Of a DNA stretch of 64,000 nucleotides, positions 28,246 to 37,479 are shown in pieces; positions within the stretch are counted from its first letter, which is position 1, and every line of letters begins with the position of its first letter. The notes below the pieces were generated by a model that did not search any database, was not told the DNA's origin, and saw nothing but the letters and a program-made list of their open reading frames with translations. This DNA is from a virus: the IMG/VR virus record IMGVR_UViG_3300032291_002123, positions 38,066 to 102,065 of that record, one strand, 5' to 3'. The translations under genes were made by a program, and so were the position numbers.

Positions 28246-29082
28246 TTTATTTCTCCTTTTCTCTCCAACACTTTTACTATACTGCTAGCCTCTGACACTC
28301 GTTCGGCGGTCTATCTCTGTCGGGCAATACTCGACGGGAAAGCCAGCGTGGTCGTGCGACCACAATCCGTCAAGCACGAGATACGACGAGGTGATACGCA
28401 ATCCGCACTCGGCACATTCGCCGAACCACACACGATTATCTTTTCGGTATCCATCTCCGGGATTTAGAACCGAGAAGTTTGTGCCTAATCCTTTTTCCCG
28501 GATTGACTTCACATTTATTTCTGTCATTTCATCTCTCCCTATCCCAAGTGGATAAACGCCCGAAACTTTTTCTCGCAATTCCAGCAAAGGATTTTGCCAG
28601 ACCAACTCGTGATGAACTTTGGTTGCTTTTTACCGAACGATACTCCGCACTTTTCGCACTTGCTAGCACTCAACGATTTGTGGTTCACGAACGAAATTGC
28701 CATTTGATTTCTCCTAATCTTTCCGACACTTTTAGGGTATACCCACCCTCTGACACTCGACCTACTCGCTGTCGAAAATACAATGGCTACGAACCTCGAC
28801 CACGAAATCCTTGCCAGCGACTTTGCCACCGAACTCTTTTAGTCCGTAGACATAAGAACGAACCTCGACTTCGGTAAAGAACTCTCGCTCGATACCACTC
28901 GACAATTTGACAACCCACGACACAGCACCAACGCTCATAGTGCCTCCCTTCACTTCTTACGATACGGCAATTCTCCACTTATGTCAAGAGAAACGCCGTA
29001 AGTTTTTAGAAAGTTTTTTCGGCAAAGGGTCGGTGATTTTCCACGCACCAGAGGCAAAAAAAGATTGGAACTCTGCGACATA

Positions 29083-29218
29083 AGAAAATCCCCTATCACG
29101 AAAGGGGGGGGGGGTGTGATAGGGGATTTCTTTTACTATCGGGGGAGAACCTCGGCAGGTATGTTATCTAGAAAGGGGGGGGGATTAGATAACGGCGTTG
29201 AGGTCGTCAGCCCGATAG
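29083..29218 (-). ncRNA. 6C-like small RNA / 3'-UTR element: two hairpins with C9 and C11 loops
   Basis: gttatcta-atCCCCCCCCCtttc-tagataac nested in longer stems, then cccctatcac-aCCCCCCCCCCCtttc-gtgatagggg followed by a U-tract. Confidence 0.6.
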
Positions 29219-29226
29219 CCTCGGGG

Positions 29227-29550
29227 CTACTTTACAATAGCCACGAAGTCATACGGGTTCTCGTAAGACGCTTTTTCCCAAGCCTCTGGGAAAGCGGTTT
29301 TGAGAACATCTCGTTTGAGGTCGGTGCGGTTTCGGTGTTCGATTTTGTAGACGGCAACTCCACCCACAGTTGCGAACTCGGCAAGTCCGATTGCTTTACG
29401 CAGAACTTCCTCGGCTTGTGCCTTCTTAGCCTTCGCCTCTTTTTCGGCGTTGCTCGCCTCGGTAAAGTCGGCGATTGCCTGTCGAGCCTCGGCACTAAAT
29501 CCAACTTCTACGGAAGTGCCTTTTACAGTAGCGGTAATAGTCTTTGACAT
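29227..29550 (-). CDS. Hypothetical protein, paralog of 23739-24062
   Basis: Shared SVEVGF...AIADF.EA.NAEKEAKA...R.DLKRDVLK.AFPEA.E.ASYENPYDF. Confidence 0.8.
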   Translation of the reverse strand: MSKTITATVKGTSVEVGFSAEARQAIADFTEASNAEKEAKAKKAQAEEVLRKAIGLAEFATVGGVAVYKIEHRNRTDLKRDVLKTAFPEAWEKASYENPYDFVAIVK

Positions 29551-29663
29551 CTCACCACTCCTTTCATTTTGTCATTTCGGTTTTGTGGGAACTCCCACAT
29601 TTCTAGGGTAAGGGATACAATCCCTTTTGTCAATTCCAAACACGGCGTGTCGGAAAAGTTTTT

Positions 29664-29972
29664 TTATCCAACTACATCTTGGAAAGTCTGGGCAACTGCC
29701 TCGTCAAGAGCCTCGACCAACTCGGCAATCTTGTCGTCTGGCAAATCACGAACTAGGTCAAGGGTGATTTCAGATTTCCACACCACAACCTTGTCAGCGT
29801 TCGCCAATCGGAAATCTCCGAGAGCCTCGGCAACTCCGCAAGCAGAACAAATCTCGGTCTTGTTATCGGCACGAGAAATCGCTCCGGGATACGCCCCCGG
29901 GTTTTCGTTGCTTGGTATGTAGCCAGAACACTTCGGGCAACGAACCAAGTCTTTGTCATAAGCATCGCTCAT
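29664..29972 (-). CDS. Zinc-binding hypothetical protein
   Basis: Start re-set to MSDA after GAAAGGAG; CPKC...YPGAISRADNKTEICSACG. Confidence 0.7.
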   Translation of the reverse strand: MSDAYDKDLVRCPKCSGYIPSNENPGAYPGAISRADNKTEICSACGVAEALGDFRLANADKVVVWKSEITLDLVRDLPDDKIAELVEALDEAVAQTFQDVVG

Positions 29973-30226
29973 TTTGTATCTCCTTTCACTTCTGATTGTG
30001 CCAGAGTATCGAACTTTTGTCAAGTCTATTTTGACATTTTTCCAAACTTTTTTTCGGCGACCATCTCGATTTTTTTGTGTGTCAATTCCACGATACCAAG
30101 ACCCTCTGACATTGGGCGAAAGTCGTTTTGACATAAGCGAAAAGTATTTCCGGGATTAGCCCGGTTTTGCGTGGAAAATCGGCAACCCTTTACAAAAAAG
30201 GATTGGCTCTCGCCAATCCAATTTTG

Positions 30227-30493
30227 CTAGTTCAGACCTTCAATCCGTAATTCGCAGGTATCGCAGACCTTGTGGTTTCCGTCGAAATCCCAATCCGTCG
30301 TATTGAACTGATGCTCACCCGCTACGAAGTGTTCGGCTAGTTCTCGTCTCTCGCTATCACCAGCATCATCTATCGCACTCCACATTAGTTCTGTCCAAGA
30401 ACTCGTATCCGTTAGCACTAAGTCCTTAGCATCTCCGTATGAACCATCCTCGGCAAAATAAGTCTTGCTCTTAGCGGTTTCGCTTGCCGTCAT
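30227..30493 (-). CDS. Hypothetical protein
   Basis: Coupled to the upstream ORF; terminator at 30199-30218. Confidence 0.6.
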   Translation of the reverse strand: MTASETAKSKTYFAEDGSYGDAKDLVLTDTSSWTELMWSAIDDAGDSERRELAEHFVAGEHQFNTTDWDFDGNHKVCDTCELRIEGLN

Positions 30494-30843
30494 TAGACAT
30501 CATCCTCTCCGATAAATACAATCTCCAACTTGGCAACTCGTTCTCCCCAGCCGTCGAGGTCTACGAAGTGGGCGACTACTGGATACAATCCGTCTCCCAA
30601 TCCTGTCCGTGATACTACTCCCGAGCCAGCGTGTCCAGCAAGGAAGTTCAACTGTCCGTTATCCTCTTGCCGTAGGGTCAGGTCGCAAGCACCAGCGTAG
30701 GAATAGTCTCCGTTAGGAACTCTCGTGCCGTATTCGTTGTCTCCCCATCCACCGAGATAACTCGGGTCGGTGATAAGTATCTGTCCACTATCGACGGCAC
30801 AGAATCCGATTACGGCTTGCCGTGTTTTGTTTTTGGTTGTCAT
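30493..30843 (-). CDS. DUF4241-like hypothetical protein
   Basis: GFCAVDSGQILITDPSY...TGLGDGLYPV. Confidence 0.6.
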   Translation of the reverse strand: MTTKNKTRQAVIGFCAVDSGQILITDPSYLGGWGDNEYGTRVPNGDYSYAGACDLTLRQEDNGQLNFLAGHAGSGVVSRTGLGDGLYPVVAHFVDLDGWGERVAKLEIVFIGEDDV

Positions 30844-30985
30844 TCCTTCTCCTCTGTTTTCGGCGGTGATAGTTTCCACTCTAAAGTCTCGAGCGTGTTC
30901 TCGTCGTAGTCGCCCGTCGAACGCATCTCGGCAATCGTGTCAAGAACATCCGTAATAATCTTTTCGTAAATCGTCGGGTCAATCA

Positions 30986-31207
30986 TTACGCATCCACGCT
31001 CTCTACCTCATACTCGGCGGTCTCGCACCAGTTCTTGAGAACTCGTGCCGTGTCGTCGCCGAACGAATCGCTGTCCTCTAAGTAATCGGCAATCGCCTCA
31101 AACTGCTCGGGGTTGTATGAAGTGTGTTCGGCAACCAAGAACTGAAATACAATCGGCTCGTCTGGGTCGAAAGTTTTCAGCAGGTCGATTAGTTTTTGAA
31201 CTGTCAT
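30986..31207 (-). CDS. Hypothetical protein
   Basis: MTVQKLIDLLKTFDPDEPI N-terminus; GAGGAG RBS. Confidence 0.6.
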   Translation of the reverse strand: MTVQKLIDLLKTFDPDEPIVFQFLVAEHTSYNPEQFEAIADYLEDSDSFGDDTARVLKNWCETAEYEVESVDA

Positions 31208-31379
31208 TTTGTCTCCTCTGTTTTCGGTTTTTCGTTATAGACATAAATTATGTCGGTGAAACAATCAACGCACTCAAGCCCTGCTGTTTCGTCGTATCGA
31301 AAGAACAATCGAACTGCGTGTCCTCGGTGGTCGGCAAGTTCGTCGTAAGTGATAGTTGCCTCGTCAAACTTCTGTGTCA

Positions 31380-31988
31380 TTAGTTCTCCTCCTTGAAGTA
31401 GTCGTAGATGCTGTATTCGCTGGCGTTCTCCCAGTCAATGCATCCATCCTCGTCGAGAGGAACTCCAAGCGACTTGTAGATGTCTGGGGTAATGTCTACA
31501 CACTCGTCGTCTAGTTCGCCATCCTCGATAAACGCACGACCTAGATAGCCAACGCCCTCCTCGGCGTAAAGGTTCTTGACCCGAATTGGATACTGCTCAC
31601 TTAGGGTTTGCCAGAATGGTAGAGCAGGAGACCACGCTGTCGAATAGCCAATCTCAAACTTGAACTGCTTGCCATCTGTTGTCGGCACAATCTTGGAAAT
31701 CTGCGTGGTATCAAAATCCAAATCCCACTTAGTTCCCCAGTTGCCTAGTCGCCAGTTATACCAGTTTGTGTAGGCATACTTGCGATTACCAGCGAGAGCG
31801 TTCATCCACTCTGTCTCGTCGTTAGCAGACTTACCTTTTCCAAAGTTCCTATCGCCCAAGCCCTCTGGTTGTGGAACTAACTGCTGAAACGAAAACGCTT
31901 GGTTATCATCTTTTGCTTTTGCGAGAATCGTCTCGAGAACTTCTTTATCTCCAACGACCTCAACTGTGTTGTCGCACCAATTTGGCAT
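31380..31988 (-). CDS. DUF1281/YubB ferredoxin-like domain protein
   Basis: MPNWCDN...WYNWRLGNWGTKWD...TAWSPA...YAEEG. Confidence 0.8.
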   Translation of the reverse strand: MPNWCDNTVEVVGDKEVLETILAKAKDDNQAFSFQQLVPQPEGLGDRNFGKGKSANDETEWMNALAGNRKYAYTNWYNWRLGNWGTKWDLDFDTTQISKIVPTTDGKQFKFEIGYSTAWSPALPFWQTLSEQYPIRVKNLYAEEGVGYLGRAFIEDGELDDECVDITPDIYKSLGVPLDEDGCIDWENASEYSIYDYFKEEN

Positions 31989-32045
31989 TTACATCATCTC
32001 CTCAATCTTGATTGTGCCATAGTTTGTTTTGTTTGTCAAGTCCTG

Positions 32046-32234
32046 TTAGGACATTTTTTCCAACTCAACTCGTGAGTTCAGGTGATGCTCGAGAGACGAA
32101 ACCAAGTTGTCAATCTCTGGGTTCTGGTGCATCTGGTTGTAAGCCTTGATGAACCCCACCAACTTGAGTTGGGCTTTTACTTCTTTGCGAACCTTGATTA
32201 CTCGAAACAGTTTTTTCATTTTTATCTCCTCCAC
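32046..32234 (-). CDS. Hypothetical protein
   Basis: GGAGGAG RBS before the ATG at 32219. Confidence 0.55.
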   Translation of the reverse strand: MEEIKMKKLFRVIKVRKEVKAQLKLVGFIKAYNQMHQNPEIDNLVSSLEHHLNSRVELEKMS

Positions 32235-32401
32235 TTACGATTATGCCAAAAATAATCTCGCTTGTCAAGTTTTATTATTTCAGCGTGTCGCAGGTTCTTA
32301 TGCGATAACTATGACGCAGAAATCTCGACTCGCTCTGCGTGGAAAATTGGCGACCCTTTACGAAAAAACCCCAAGCGAACTTGGGGTGATTTCGATTTTG
32401 G

Positions 32402-32809
32402 CTATCGCCAGAACTCAGGGAGTTTTCGACTGAACGAGCCGGGGAACATAGTTTCCTCCTCGTATTCGATTCCAAAAATCTTGGTGAACGCCTCTCGCAC
32501 TTTGTCGCTGATGTCGAGCCACTCAGCGTAATACAACTCGCTCGTATTGCCCTCGTAGCCGGGAACTGCGTTCTCCTGCGTGTAGTCGCCAACGACCACG
32601 ACCCTATCGCCAGCCCAGCGACCAGATGCATCGGTCAGCGGAAAGTCGCCACCGCCAGATTCCGGGCTAATCATAGTCAGCAGATAAATCGCATCCGATA
32701 GTCCTCCGATGCTACCCGTATGCTCGAACTGCTTTCCCAGCAATCCGATTGCATAAGGGCTTACCTGTTCCTGCTTGTCTAGGTTTACGAGTTTGTGATA
32801 CTGACCCAT
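32402..32809 (-). CDS. Hypothetical phage protein
   Basis: MGQYHKLVNLDK...GRWAGDRVVVVGDY. Confidence 0.75.
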   Translation of the reverse strand: MGQYHKLVNLDKQEQVSPYAIGLLGKQFEHTGSIGGLSDAIYLLTMISPESGGGDFPLTDASGRWAGDRVVVVGDYTQENAVPGYEGNTSELYYAEWLDISDKVREAFTKIFGIEYEEETMFPGSFSRKLPEFWR

Positions 32810-32921
32810 CCGTTTATTTCCTTCCGTCTCTTTCGCTTGCCGTTTGGCAATCCGTTTACTACCTATTCAGTTTAGGGCATCTCTTGCCGTTTTGTCAAGC
32901 GTTAGGCTAGCCGTGTTTCGA

Positions 32922-34925
32922 CTAGCCGTTTCGCTTGCCAGCGGTTGTCAATGCTCGGGCCGCTGATTCGCCAATCATCGTCGAGATTGACCCTGCGGTT
33001 GCACCTCGCTTGATTTCGACATACACCGCATCCGTTCCTCTTATGTGATAAGGGATGAAGTCATTCCCACCACCCTCGAACCCGAGCCAGAGAACTGCCA
33101 CGCCGTTCCGTTGGCACGAGGCTAGCCAATGCTTTACCTGCTCTCGTTCCTCCTGCGTGTAGTATCCGTCAGACACAATCACGAGCAGTCTCGCACCCGA
33201 GCCGTGAAGTAGATTCATCGAGCCGTCAATCGCCTTGAACGCCTTGCCGAACTTCTCGGTGTTGTCTCGTGCCGTATACACATTCACATCGGTGAGGTGC
33301 TGTCCCGGCTTGAGAGTGGCGAACACATCGTTGCCGTAGTAGACCATAGATGCCTTGCCGTGAACTCGTCGAACTGCCTCTGACATAACCCAAGCGGTAG
33401 TCGCCATTGGTTGCATCGCCTCGCCCATCGAGCCAGAGATGTCCACCATAATTCCGACATTCAGTTCTGGGTTGTCTGTGTGCTTGCGCTTGGTCGCTCT
33501 CCAAGGTTCGACCTTGGCATTGACACCATTCGCTTTATAGGCTGCTCTCTGAACCATCGCACGAGAACGCAGACGACCTACTGGCAACTCGCTCGTAATC
33601 TCGACCTGCGAACGCTCACGATACTTTGCCTTCTCGAGCAGTCGTGCAACACGAACTGCACTCGCTCGTTCCTCGCCAGTTGGTTTACGAACCTCGACCA
33701 GTTTTGAGTTGGTTGCTAATCCATCAGAAGGACCTGTGCCACGACCAAACACTTCAGTCGCAACATCCTTGTGCTGTTTCGCCTCTTTCGCTGAATCTGC
33801 CTTGTCCTTGGCAATCTCTTTCCACTCCTCTGATTCAATCTGTTCCTCTGCATCAGAACGAGATGAAATCTCGGCGTTGTCCTTTGCCTCGTTCAAGGCA
33901 TCGAGCATCTCTTTGATAAGGTCTTGCTCGGCAGAAGTTGAACCTGAACCAGAACCTGAATCAGAACCCTCCTCTGATTCGCCAGATTCTGAATCGCTAG
34001 AACCTGAACCTGAACCAGTCTCACCAGATTCTGAATCGCCAGATTCTGATTCGCCAGAACCAGAACCAGTCTCGCCAGTTGGAGATGGAGTTCCTGAACC
34101 AGATTCTGATTCGCCCTTCTCACCAGTCGGCGATGGAGTTGGGTGGCAACCGGGGTGAGGTGAGTTTCCAGTCTCGCCCTTTTCTGCTTTTGTCTCGTTG
34201 ATAACTTTGACCCACTCACGAGCGAGGTCGTAAAGTTTTGTCGCATCAGCGTGAAGGTCGTGCGCTTGGAACTCAATCCAAATCGCACGAAGTTTTGCAA
34301 CGACATCTGCACCAAGAATCTTTTCGAGAACAGGAACAACAGGTTCGACATCACTCTCGTCAAGAACACCTGCATCAACTCGAGCGAGGGTTAGAGCAGC
34401 GAGGAAAGATGCACCTGCAACATTAGTAATCTTTGCAACTTGGTTTTCCAAATCTGCAACCACGATGTGCAACGCAGATGAACGCAGAAAAACTTTGTTC
34501 TTTGGATTCGTGCGAATACCAAAAGCCTCGATACGACCCTCCTCCAAATTGAACAGCGCACCAAACTCGTCTCGAGTTAGTTCTGCTTGTGCTTGTTCGA
34601 TTGACCAGCGTGAGAATCGAGCGTGGAGTGCCTCGTGGAAAATTGCGCCAGTCGCAACTGGGTGAGCAAGTTGATTGATTCGCTTAGTGAGGTCTCCAAC
34701 CTCGGCAGGTTCGATGTTGCCAAAAGCAACTTTTGTATTTACTTCAATCTCGGCACTTCGTGGTGAGAACGCAGCCGGGGCACCAGACACAGTTGTCTCG
34801 CCCAAGTTCACTACTAGGTCGTTTCGGAACGACCAGTCATTGACCAGCGCACCAATCTGCGCCCCTGCTCGTAGCCATTCGCTAGGTGTTGATTTTCTTG
34901 TCTCGGCAATTCCATAGTGAGCCAT
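32922..34925 (-). CDS. vWA-domain protein with N-terminal HExxH metallopeptidase-like domain (CobT/vWA-MoxR partner)
   Basis: FHEALHAR...NLEEGRIE; long G/S/E linker; MIDAS DISGSM, T, VSDG. Confidence 0.85.
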   Translation of the reverse strand: MAHYGIAETRKSTPSEWLRAGAQIGALVNDWSFRNDLVVNLGETTVSGAPAAFSPRSAEIEVNTKVAFGNIEPAEVGDLTKRINQLAHPVATGAIFHEALHARFSRWSIEQAQAELTRDEFGALFNLEEGRIEAFGIRTNPKNKVFLRSSALHIVVADLENQVAKITNVAGASFLAALTLARVDAGVLDESDVEPVVPVLEKILGADVVAKLRAIWIEFQAHDLHADATKLYDLAREWVKVINETKAEKGETGNSPHPGCHPTPSPTGEKGESESGSGTPSPTGETGSGSGESESGDSESGETGSGSGSSDSESGESEEGSDSGSGSGSTSAEQDLIKEMLDALNEAKDNAEISSRSDAEEQIESEEWKEIAKDKADSAKEAKQHKDVATEVFGRGTGPSDGLATNSKLVEVRKPTGEERASAVRVARLLEKAKYRERSQVEITSELPVGRLRSRAMVQRAAYKANGVNAKVEPWRATKRKHTDNPELNVGIMVDISGSMGEAMQPMATTAWVMSEAVRRVHGKASMVYYGNDVFATLKPGQHLTDVNVYTARDNTEKFGKAFKAIDGSMNLLHGSGARLLVIVSDGYYTQEEREQVKHWLASCQRNGVAVLWLGFEGGGNDFIPYHIRGTDAVYVEIKRGATAGSISTMIGESAARALTTAGKRNG

Positions 34926-35060
34926 TTAGCCACCAGTCCTTTCATCTCTACTTCTCAATTATTGCAAAATCTCTGACTAATGTCAAGTCCTTCTTTGGTG
35001 TGTCTGGGGCGATGGGATTGGAGACCACCACCCCAGACGAACACGAATCTAGGGAAGGAA

Positions 35061-36071
35061 CTAGATTCGTGCTGGCTTGACTTCCTCGCCGAACGCACGA
35101 CTGAAAACATCGGCAACGACTGGTCTGTCAAGTTCTGGTGCGCTAGCAAGCAAGTTGCTAATCGCAAACGAAGTTCCGAACAACTCGGCGAGGTCTCGGA
35201 AAGCGAGAACTTCACGCATCTGCGGAGACCACGACACTTCATCACTCGCTTGCTTTTTCGCAAGATTCTGGCTGGCAGTAATCACAACAGCAGGAACGCC
35301 CAACTTACGAGCGATAGTCCAGTCAGTAGTCATTTCTGCTTGAACAGAGAATCGAGAGAGCAACGCCTCGGAGAGAACAACTCCCGGTGCATTGGGGTTC
35401 GTTGCACTAACCACAAAGAATCCATCCTTGGCTTTTACTGTGCCACGCTCCGGGTTTTGAGTGATAGTGATTTCACCACGACCATCCATTAGTCCATAGA
35501 CCAACGAAAGAACTTTCGGGTCTACCAAACCAATCTCGTCAATCAGGAGAACTTTACCCTCCTCGACTGCACGAACGAGAGGACCATCAATCCACTCGAA
35601 CCCACCACTTGCAGTCTGAACATAACCACCAACGAAGTCTGCAACTTCGGTGTCGCCAGTTCCAATGACTGTGTAGAGGTCGTCGCCAAAAGCAGCCTCG
35701 AGCATCGCAGTCTTACCAGTTCCCGGTGCGCCATAAAGCAGAACATACTTCTTGGCATCACGAGACTTGCGAATCACTTCGATGTCGGCGTGTTCAGTAT
35801 TACCCCACTTGCGAGAAGTGTAGGTCTCACCATTAGGTCGAACATAAACTCCTTCACCACTAAGTGCCTCTGCCACGATGGTTTTCACCCTCTTTGTAGT
35901 TCCTGAATTGTCTCGCACACGAATGACTGCACGACCAGATGCCTCGTCGAAAAACTTGTCAAGCGATGCATCTAATTCTGCATTTAGTTTTTGACCACTA
36001 ACTGCAAACAGAGCCTCGGAAAGTTCTTTCGAGAATCGTTCTTGGTCGATAATTACTTGTTGTCTATTCAT
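35061..36071 (-). CDS. MoxR/CbbQ/CobS-type AAA+ ATPase
   Basis: GAPGTGKT, DGPLVRA, LLIDEI, ATNP, LSEALLSRF. Confidence 0.9.
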   Translation of the reverse strand: MNRQQVIIDQERFSKELSEALFAVSGQKLNAELDASLDKFFDEASGRAVIRVRDNSGTTKRVKTIVAEALSGEGVYVRPNGETYTSRKWGNTEHADIEVIRKSRDAKKYVLLYGAPGTGKTAMLEAAFGDDLYTVIGTGDTEVADFVGGYVQTASGGFEWIDGPLVRAVEEGKVLLIDEIGLVDPKVLSLVYGLMDGRGEITITQNPERGTVKAKDGFFVVSATNPNAPGVVLSEALLSRFSVQAEMTTDWTIARKLGVPAVVITASQNLAKKQASDEVSWSPQMREVLAFRDLAELFGTSFAISNLLASAPELDRPVVADVFSRAFGEEVKPARI

Positions 36072-36086
36072 TGTAATCTCCTCCTA

Positions 36087-36587
36087 TTACGCTGATACTG
36101 CTACTGAATTGAAAAGTGATTCGCCCCACGAGAGTGCTTTACGAGAACGCTCGATTCGACGATAGAGACCATTCGGAGTTTTTCCGTCTCGAATGTTTGC
36201 CAAGTCCTCGTAAGAAAACTCAACTGCGAGTGGTCGCTGATACAAAGTCCAACCTTGTGCATACAACTGATTGAACTGGTGAGCGATTGCGCTAACATTC
36301 TGCCCAGCGTGTTCTTGTGCTTGGTCGAGTTCCAATGGCTCGAACTCACCATAAGCATCACGAGATGGTGCTGGATAAGTTAGTGGGCCATTGTTCTTGT
36401 CGATTGTCCAGTTTCGACGAGGGTGGTAAGTAGAGATTCGTCTGCGTAGGTTTGCAAACGGAACTACTTCATTCTCCAGCGTGATTGCCCAAGGGGTGAT
36501 AATCATCTGGTAGGTGTATACATCCTTGCGGAACTCCAAGTAGAGTGCCTTCCCGGCTGCATCCTTTTTGGTTTTTAGAGTTGTCAT
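36087..36587 (-). CDS. Hypothetical protein
   Basis: First gene of the AAA/vWA operon; RBS and TTGACT promoter. Confidence 0.7.
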   Translation of the reverse strand: MTTLKTKKDAAGKALYLEFRKDVYTYQMIITPWAITLENEVVPFANLRRRISTYHPRRNWTIDKNNGPLTYPAPSRDAYGEFEPLELDQAQEHAGQNVSAIAHQFNQLYAQGWTLYQRPLAVEFSYEDLANIRDGKTPNGLYRRIERSRKALSWGESLFNSVAVSA

Positions 36588-36665
36588 TTTTTCCTTCCTT
36601 CTAACTCTTACTTACTAATTGAAACATAGTTTGATTCAAAAGTCAAGCGTGTCGCCAAACTTTTT

Positions 36666-37115
36666 TTAGTCAATTCGTGAATCTGCATAAGCCTCGATGC
36701 CAATCGCATTTAGGTGCTGAGATACTCCTCGAGCGACTTGCTCTTTGAGTTGTAGCGACTGTCGAGTTTGAGCGAACCCTTTACCATCGACCCAGAACTG
36801 CACGCCCTTGTAGCCACCACCCCATTGGTAGTGCTTGTATCCTTTACCAGTTTCGAGAATCCACTTAGCGAACGCAGAACGCCCATTCGGAACTACGACC
36901 CAAGCGAACCCACAAACTCCATCTGCTACGAAGTAGGTTTTTTTAGAGTAGTCGATGTCATTCCCGAGGGGAGTGGTTGGTGAACCCACAATCATAGGAG
37001 TGGGTGGAGTGGCTTTTGCCAATGCCTCGTGCGATACACGCTGGAGGTCTAGCCAAATCTGCTCGAACTTGCGCTGATTGGCAACGCTGACTTTTGCTTT
37101 TTTAGTGGTTGTCAT
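36666..37115 (-). CDS. Hypothetical phage protein
   Basis: GVCGFAWV...QSLQLKE...A...L...GI.....SRID; hybrid promoter. Confidence 0.75.
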   Translation of the reverse strand: MTTTKKAKVSVANQRKFEQIWLDLQRVSHEALAKATPPTPMIVGSPTTPLGNDIDYSKKTYFVADGVCGFAWVVVPNGRSAFAKWILETGKGYKHYQWGGGYKGVQFWVDGKGFAQTRQSLQLKEQVARGVSQHLNAIGIEAYADSRID

Positions 37116-37186
37116 TTTGTCCTTCCTTCTACTCTCTTATTATTGCATACACCTCTGACACTTGTCAAGGGTATTTTTAGGTGTGT

Positions 37187-37438
37187 CTAATCGCTGACTA
37201 TCTCGTAGCCCTTCTTGGTTTTTTTATCTACGAGGTCGTCGATGAAAATCGAGGCGAGGAACTTGCTATCAAAAGTGTGCTGTTTTTGCTGTCGTGAATA
37301 CCACATCTCTGCTCGACCCCAACTAACTTGAACGACTGACTTACCACTCGACACTTCAAAGAGGTCAACCACATAACGCTTTTTGAACCCCCAGTCGCCT
37401 CGTGCGCCTTGGGAGGTTGCTTCCAAAATAATCTTCAT
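37187..37438 (-). CDS. WGR-domain protein
   Basis: KKRYVV...VQVSWGRAE...KTKKGYE; start re-set to MKII. Confidence 0.65.
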   Translation of the reverse strand: MKIILEATSQGARGDWGFKKRYVVDLFEVSSGKSVVQVSWGRAEMWYSRQQKQHTFDSKFLASIFIDDLVDKKTKKGYEIVSD

Positions 37439-37479
37439 ACTCAGAGTATGGCAAAAAAATTGGCAGATGTCAAGTTTGT

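Larger units (their letters stand above)
14566..37168 (-). promoter_or_regulatory. Dispersed family of ~15 early promoters (TTGACA-N2-)TGTCRG-N10-(T/C)AnnnT, PafBC/RecA-NDp-like
   Basis: TGTCRG elements at plus-strand coordinates 14582, 17206, 19568, 20077, 21127, 23629, 24116, 24296, 25824, 25894, 27144, 27370, 28292, 28750, 30106, 37155. Most are exactly 10 nt from a -10 hexamer and upstream of a minus-strand gene. Confidence 0.85.

Noticed and set aside
29101-29183. G homopolymers as sequencing artefacts or a phase-variation tract
   Set aside because: Both runs are intergenic, sit precisely in hairpin loops and share the same GAAA flank. The exact lengths may still be uncertain.
33893-34158. 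Alternative-frame ORFs and DNA repeats in the G/S/E linker as a separate element
   Set aside because: Explained by low-complexity codon repetition within the vWA gene.
32922-36071. cobS/cobT cobalamin-synthesis auxiliary genes supporting the B12-dependent RNR
   Set aside because: No cobN or other cob genes; the vWA protein has a peptidase-like HExxH N-terminus typical of generic phage MoxR-vWA pairs.
19560-37170. TGACA-N2-TGTCA palindrome as a stand-alone repressor operator
   Set aside because: Several copies keep only the TGTCAG half at a fixed distance from the -10, so the palindrome is better explained as a -35 abutting a -26 element. Not fully excluded.
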